A stretch of DNA of 32,000 bases, taken from NCBI GenBank assembly GCA_002504725.1, contig DATN01000008.1, positions 62,851 through 94,850 of the forward strand. Direction: 5' to 3'. Shown in pieces: positions 27,215 to 32,000 of this stretch. Both the position numbers and the translations under genes were made by a program. The stretch's first letter is position 1. Each line of letters starts with the position of its first letter. The notes below the pieces were generated by a model, which was not told the DNA's origin, did no database searches, and was given only the letters and a program-made list of their open reading frames with translations. Source of the stretch: Methanobacteriaceae archaeon UBA587 (lineage in GTDB: Archaea > Methanobacteriota > Methanobacteria > Methanobacteriales > Methanobacteriaceae).

Positions 27215-27249
27215 TTATAAGTTATAAGTTATAACTTCTAAGTTATAAG
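27215..27249. repeat. heptad array C: TTATAAG TTATAAG TTATAAC TTCTAAG TTATAAG
   Basis: Read directly. It lies 10 nt beyond the stop of the ModE-like gene and about 70-105 nt upstream of the ferredoxin start (minus strand). Confidence 0.85.
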
Positions 27250-27258
27250 ATATAATAA

Positions 27259-27954
27259 TTAAATTTTAATTAAAGATAGTGATGTAGCTTTAAATCCCAC
27301 AAAAACCTTTTTTTCAAGACTTAATTCCAATTTTTCCCAAGAATATTTTGTAATATCTACTAAAACCGTAATAACAGGGTCTAAGGCTACTTTAAGTCTT
27401 ACCATTTCGTTTTTTATTTCCATACTCACTATTTTTCCTTCCACAATATTCCTCACACTGGATTCTTGGGGCTGGAGCATTATGAAAATATCTTCTGGGC
27501 TGATTAGAATTAAGACATTGTCTCCTTCCTCAAAGTTTTCAATTAGAGGAAGTAAAACTTCGTTTTTTCCAATTTTAATATTCATTACCCGATTATCTAA
27601 ATCTAGAGAACTTACCTTACCTTCTATTTCATTCAAATTGGAGTGTTTTTTCAGTATCTGGTTTAGTTTAGTGAATTCTCTAAGAATTAATTTTCCTGTA
27701 TCTGAGAGTTCACTCCCTCCCCCGCCCCCTTTACCTCCTCTTTGGGTAAATACCACTGGAGTTCCCACGATTTTCTCTATGACTTCAATGTATTTTAGAG
27801 CAGTTCGGTAGGGAACCCGGGACTTTTTAGAGGCTTTAGTAATAGAACCACAGTTATCAATGCTTTTCAACAGACGAAATTTTTTTTCGTCCATGAGCAG
27901 ATATTTATCTCCTATCTGCAACTGATATTCGGGGATATCTCTAGAATTAGTCAT
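27259..27954 (-). CDS. ModE-like regulator: N-terminal HTH (ModE N-terminal type) + C-terminal TOBE domain
   Basis: SITKASKKSRVPYRTALKYIEVIE...QRGGKGGGGGSELSDTGK (ModE-type HTH with the Gly-rich turn). The C-terminal half is beta-rich and TOBE-like (RNIVEGKIVSMEIKNEMVRLKVAL). Confidence 0.7.
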   Translation of the reverse strand: MTNSRDIPEYQLQIGDKYLLMDEKKFRLLKSIDNCGSITKASKKSRVPYRTALKYIEVIEKIVGTPVVFTQRGGKGGGGGSELSDTGKLILREFTKLNQILKKHSNLNEIEGKVSSLDLDNRVMNIKIGKNEVLLPLIENFEEGDNVLILISPEDIFIMLQPQESSVRNIVEGKIVSMEIKNEMVRLKVALDPVITVLVDITKYSWEKLELSLEKKVFVGFKATSLSLIKI

Positions 27955-28015
27955 TTAGACACCTTTTTTATTATTTTATGGTTTAGACTTGATAAATTTA
28001 ACCAATAATAATGAA

Positions 28016-29578
28016 TTAGGCCGGTGTGTACTTATCAATAACCTTTATAATTCTTTCGCAGGGTCCTGATAAAGGCCCTAACCTGCCTGTGATACGGCGC
28101 ATCATGCGGATGTCTCTTTTTTCAAATCCTTTAAGTAAAGTAAATGCCGTTACGAATATCAGAGGAGATACTATAATGGCTAAAATTAATCCTAATATTG
28201 TCTGAGGAATAAAGAAAATTCCCAGGCCCATAACTATTGAAGCAAGAGCTATCTTAAGGAAAGCCAAATAGGGTGGTTTAATTTGGGTAATTTGAAATGT
28301 TTTCCACATTACTACTACCATTATAATGAATGTGGAGATGGTTGTAGCTCCAGCTGCACCTTCTATACCAAAAATTGGCACCATAATTAAATTCAGGACT
28401 ATATTGATTGCAGTACCTCCTAAAAGAACGTACATGGGCATTCTAGGATTTCCTATCCCTTGGGCAATACTGGAAGAAGTCATAAATAAACTATAAAATG
28501 CCATTCCCATAACCAGTATAGTTAAGGCCCCGGCACCAAAAACGTACTGACTACCAAATAACAAATCTAAGATAGGATATGAAAATAGGGCAATTCCCAC
28601 ACATATAGGGAACACTGTTAAAATTACAATACGGTAAGATTGGACAACATAAGTCTCTAAAAGAGCCTTATCCTTTAAACTAAATGCTTCTGATGCTGCA
28701 GGAAGTACAGCTGTTGCCACAGAAAGCGAAATTACCAGAGGCAGTCTTGCTATGGGATCCGCGGTGGTATAGTAACTGGCAAATTTGGTTACTAAGAAGA
28801 TACCTATTACAAAAACGCCCACGTCATATATGGCCATTTCTGAAAGTGCGGTTATAATAACTGGGATAGAGAATTTCAAAAGATTGGCCATTAATCCTAA
28901 TTCCTGGCGGAAATTGAATTGATCTTCGGGGTCTGGTTTGGGAAGATATTTGTATAAATATTTTTTGAATATAAGCACGGCAGATATAGCGGAGGCCATA
29001 AAACCGAGTCCAGTACCAATAACCGCTCCTGCGGCATAGAAACCTGCTGAAACCAGAACTACTGCAAAAACAATCATGAAAATTTGTTCAACAGCACGAG
29101 TAGCCACAATATATTCCATTTTATAAAGTCCCTGAAAAGCGCCCCGGAAGGCCCCTACAATTACACTGAAGGGGGTGATTAATGCGACTGCTTGCAAGGG
29201 ATAAGCTAAAAGAGGTTTATGAAAGACTTCATTGGCTATGAATGGACCCGCAAAGAACATAAATAATGAGAATATTATTCCCAGAAACATCATAAGTTTA
29301 AGAGAAGTGAAAACTACTTGGCGGGCCATCTGGTCTTCACCAAGGGCTTTATGCTGGGATACATATTTAGCAATTGCAGGGGGCAGCCCTCCAGCTGAAA
29401 GTATCTGAAAAATGCCTTGGAAAGGTAAAGTTAGACCTACTAATCCATATTGTTCAGGACCTAGCATTCTGGCCATTAGAACCCGGTATACATAACCCCC
29501 AACTCTAAAAATGAGGTTACTAATCATTATAATGGTGCTGCCGCGTAGTAATTTTGCTGTGCCCTTACTTGTATTCAT
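28016..29578 (-). CDS. MOP-superfamily polysaccharide/oligosaccharide flippase (Wzx/MurJ-like)
   Basis: 520-aa ORF with about 14 TM segments. N-terminal MISNLIFRVGGYVYRVLMARMLGPEQYGL is typical of polysaccharide-biosynthesis flippases. Confidence 0.8.
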   Translation of the reverse strand: MNTSKGTAKLLRGSTIIMISNLIFRVGGYVYRVLMARMLGPEQYGLVGLTLPFQGIFQILSAGGLPPAIAKYVSQHKALGEDQMARQVVFTSLKLMMFLGIIFSLFMFFAGPFIANEVFHKPLLAYPLQAVALITPFSVIVGAFRGAFQGLYKMEYIVATRAVEQIFMIVFAVVLVSAGFYAAGAVIGTGLGFMASAISAVLIFKKYLYKYLPKPDPEDQFNFRQELGLMANLLKFSIPVIITALSEMAIYDVGVFVIGIFLVTKFASYYTTADPIARLPLVISLSVATAVLPAASEAFSLKDKALLETYVVQSYRIVILTVFPICVGIALFSYPILDLLFGSQYVFGAGALTILVMGMAFYSLFMTSSSIAQGIGNPRMPMYVLLGGTAINIVLNLIMVPIFGIEGAAGATTISTFIIMVVVMWKTFQITQIKPPYLAFLKIALASIVMGLGIFFIPQTILGLILAIIVSPLIFVTAFTLLKGFEKRDIRMMRRITGRLGPLSGPCERIIKVIDKYTPA

Positions 29579-29735
29579 TGAATCACCAATAAGTCTTGAA
29601 AAATTTAAAAATAGGGTTTGAAATAGATATTATTTAGAGTATTAGTTAATATACTTGATTGAAAATTTAATTTATTATTTTAAAAAATATTTCATTCATT
29701 TACATAATCCAAAATTAGAATTAAAAATGAAATTC

Positions 29736-30344
29736 TTAAGGTTCATGCCTAACTGGATTATATCTTTCCAAATAACGCGCAAACATATCAACTGTCTTTT
29801 TAAGTCCCCTAAATCCTTCCTTATCTTCCTGAACACCTTTTAAGGTATCCTGAGACCAGAAACAGGCACCCAGGTTGGCTCCAAATGATCCTCCGCTCAC
29901 AGGAATTATGCCATTAAGGATGTAATAAGTGTGGATCTGTTGCAGGGCCAGTTCCTGACCACCAGCACGGTCTCCTCCCACGGAAATACCCATACCAATT
30001 TTGCCCCGTAAAAAATCATAATCAGCAGCCCCCAATGCCCGACAACGATCCATTATGGCCTTTGTCTGGGCACTTATGCCTCCGTTGTACATGGGGGAGG
30101 CAATGATAATCCCCTGGGCCTTTCCCAGCAATTCGTATAATTTGTACATGTCGTCTTTCAGGAAACATTCCTTTTTCCGCAGGCAGTAGTCACAGTGACG
30201 ACAGGCCCCAATTTCTTTGCCCCTGACCCCGAAAAATTCGGTTTCGTATCCTTTTTCTTCCATTTGGTCCAGAGCTTCTTTTAAAACGTAATCCGTGGCC
30301 TGTTTTCTGGGACTACCACATATTCCAAGAATCAACTTTTTCAT
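29736..30344 (-). CDS. iron-sulfur flavoprotein (Isf / NADPH-dependent FMN reductase family)
   Basis: MKKLILGICGSPRK (flavodoxin-like FMN site) plus the compact Cys motif CRHCDYCLRKKEC (Cx2Cx2Cx5C) typical of Isf. Confidence 0.8.
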   Translation of the reverse strand: MKKLILGICGSPRKQATDYVLKEALDQMEEKGYETEFFGVRGKEIGACRHCDYCLRKKECFLKDDMYKLYELLGKAQGIIIASPMYNGGISAQTKAIMDRCRALGAADYDFLRGKIGMGISVGGDRAGGQELALQQIHTYYILNGIIPVSGGSFGANLGACFWSQDTLKGVQEDKEGFRGLKKTVDMFARYLERYNPVRHEP

Positions 30345-30420
30345 CTAATTCCCCACATTAATAGTAAATAATAATTAAATCTTAAATTTTCGCATAATTC
30401 CTAAGTTGCCTAGCATGGAT

Positions 30421-30897
30421 TTATTTTATTTGAATGCTGTTGATTATGGTATCATAATGTGCTTGGTATTTGGTGAACACACTATCCTTGAACAATCGAG
30501 ATGTATTTGAGCCATAAACTATTATTTCATAACTTTTGTTATTTTTAGAGAAAGTGTACATTCTAAAAGTGCTATTATCACTTGATTCCAGGGTATCCCT
30601 GCCGTCTATTTTAAGAGAACTGGGGGATCCGCTATTAGCCTGGAAAGCAGGTTCCACCTCAGATATTACCACACTGGCTATTTTCTCTTTGGGATTTTCG
30701 ATTCTAATCATCCATTCTGTGGTAGGATAATCTGATAGGTCTTCTATCACAGTAACCGTCCAGTTATCAGGGTAATCAAAAGAAACATGCTCGTTTTCAA
30801 AATGCTTAACACTGAAATTATCTGTATTTGAAGTACAACCCATAACAGCTGCAACACATAAAATAAGCCCTAAAATTAGGTAAACTTCTAATTTCAT
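30421..30897 (-). CDS. hypothetical lipoprotein/secreted protein
   Basis: Signal peptide ending in the lipobox-like VMGC (MKLEVYLILGLILCVAAVMGCTSN). No other motif recognised. Confidence 0.5.
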   Translation of the reverse strand: MKLEVYLILGLILCVAAVMGCTSNTDNFSVKHFENEHVSFDYPDNWTVTVIEDLSDYPTTEWMIRIENPKEKIASVVISEVEPAFQANSGSPSSLKIDGRDTLESSDNSTFRMYTFSKNNKSYEIIVYGSNTSRLFKDSVFTKYQAHYDTIINSIQIK

Positions 30898-31048
30898 ATA
30901 ATAAATTATGTTTTAGCTTAAGATTTATATTTTATTATATGAATTTTTAGACTATAGAAAATATCAAGAAATAATTATTTTTATTCAGATAAACTAATTT
31001 TAAAAAATTTTTAAAAAAAGAGAAAAGAGAGTTAAATTTAAATTTTAT

Positions 31049-32000
31049 TTAAATAGACTCGTCTTCGTCCAGAGCCAGTCTCATGGTGTCTGGGTCTTGT
31101 GGCATGTGGTCTAAGAAGTCGTCAGCTGCTCTTCGCACATCTCTGGAACCGATAATGTATCGTCCCACCACGATGATGTCGGCTTTGCTGTCTAATGCTT
31201 CGTCCACTTTAGCAGGGGTTATTCCACCGGCTACTGCTACTAAACCATTCTTACCAATGAGTTCCTTGATTTGACTAATGTTACCCCACTCAGTCATTTC
31301 ACTCACATCTTCACCCCTTTCGGCTTTTAGGGTTTCTAAGTCCACGTTTCGGTGGAGTAAAACGATATCTGGTTTGTAGTTAATGGTCTGGAGTTTTTCC
31401 ACGAAGTTGTCCACATTCATCATGTCTAGGATGGAGTAGATTCCCTGTTTCTGGGCCTCGTGTATGGCCTTATCAATGGATTCCACGGTACCTAATCCTG
31501 AGATGGCTACGGCGTCTGCAGTTTCATCAGCGGCCATTTTAACTTCAATTCGACCTACATCCAGAGTTTTAAGATCAGCTATGATGAATGCATCTTTTCT
31601 CAGTTCCCGGATTTTGCTAACGATTCCCACACCGAACTTTTTAACCAGTGGAGTGCCTGCTTCTAAGAGAATTCTTTCCCGGTCAGGTAAGCTGTTGATG
31701 ATACGTTCCATTTCATCCATGTTGTCCAGATCCAGAGCAACCTGTAAGTATGGTGGGTTCCATAATCTCACAGCACGGAATCCCATAATTGGGTGACTTC
31801 CACGGTCTTTTTCGCCTAAAACTTTGTCTATGGTTGGATAATCTTCTAAAGCTCTTCTTAGTGCCAATTTAGTGGCCCCATAATTGTACTGGTAAATTTT
31901 ACGGTAGTCTTCTGCTTCGGGGTGTATAAATACACTGGCCATGATAACCAGGTCTTCCACCTGGTCTTTAGGGATGATTCCCTCTTCCACTGCATCAGCC
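31049..32000 (-). CDS. fae-hps: bifunctional formaldehyde-activating enzyme / 3-hexulose-6-phosphate synthase, C-terminal part (gene continues past the right edge)
   Basis: The Hps/OMPdecase-like barrel ([47 protein letters not shown]) is preceded by a Fae-type C-terminal region ([15 protein letters not shown]). The frame stays open to position 32000, upstream of the GTG reported in the ORF track. Confidence 0.85.
   Translation of the reverse strand, partial: ADAVEEGIIPKDQVEDLVIMASVFIHPEAEDYRKIYQYNYGATKLALRRALEDYPTIDKVLGEKDRGSHPIMGFRAVRLWNPPYLQVALDLDNMDEMERIINSLPDRERILLEAGTPLVKKFGVGIVSKIRELRKDAFIIADLKTLDVGRIEVKMAADETADAVAISGLGTVESIDKAIHEAQKQGIYSILDMMNVDNFVEKLQTINYKPDIVLLHRNVDLETLKAERGEDVSEMTEWGNISQIKELIGKNGLVAVAGGITPAKVDEALDSKADIIVVGRYIIGSRDVRRAADDFLDHMPQDPDTMRLALDEDESI

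Noticed and set aside
29655-29843. 62-aa plus-strand ORF overlapping the 3' end of the Isf gene
   Set aside because: It is AT-rich and low-complexity, and it overlaps a well-supported minus-strand gene.
1-32000. tRNA, rRNA, CRISPR arrays, riboswitches
   Set aside because: I scanned the intergenic regions by eye for GC-rich structured islands and regularly spaced repeats. None looked like a cloverleaf, an rRNA or a repeat-spacer array. A covariance-model scan (tRNAscan-SE, Infernal/Rfam) would be needed to exclude small ncRNAs.

Overview
This is an AT-rich archaeal chromosomal segment. The gene content points to a hydrogenotrophic methanogen of the Methanobacteriales type: mtd, fae-hps, a CbiA/CfbB-type a,c-diamide synthase, class III hcp, an Isf-type flavoprotein and GGAGGTGAT-type Shine-Dalgarno sequences. 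That taxon call is an inference; no database search was possible. Most of the window is housekeeping: argS (partial), sec11-type signal peptidase, ilvD, thrS, hisB, mtd and fae-hps (partial). I found no rRNA, tRNA, CRISPR array, transposase or integrase. Three regions deserve a second look. (1) At 10.8-12.3 kb a ParA/SegA-type ATPase is translationally coupled to a 169-aa protein. That protein joins a bacterial ParB-like N-terminal tail (GLGLGLDALI) and an S/TPKK-type basic linker to a probable ribbon-helix-helix C-terminus. The operon is bracketed by arrays of the palindromic hexamer TTATAA on a 7-bp period, and a third array lies at 27.2 kb. (2) At 21.1-26.0 kb there is a cell-surface locus: a roughly 1000-aa sequon-rich anchored protein with two FmdE-like FHxHxCxG modules (its reading frame is broken near 21530), two small secreted anchored proteins whose predicted mature N-termini begin with His, and a CbiM-like membrane protein with no CbiN/Q/O. 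The three anchored proteins share a DN[M/T]-TM-basic C-terminus. Several genes appear to start at SD-positioned non-ATG codons (AUA, AUU, UUG, GUG). The locus is flanked by a 42-nt direct repeat (37/42 identical). (3) At 15.1-18.0 kb there is an envelope-type triad: a Wzy-like polymerase, a divergent MurG-like GT-B protein and a stand-alone C39 cysteine peptidase. A 51-aa rubredoxin gene missing from the ORF track lies upstream of hcp.
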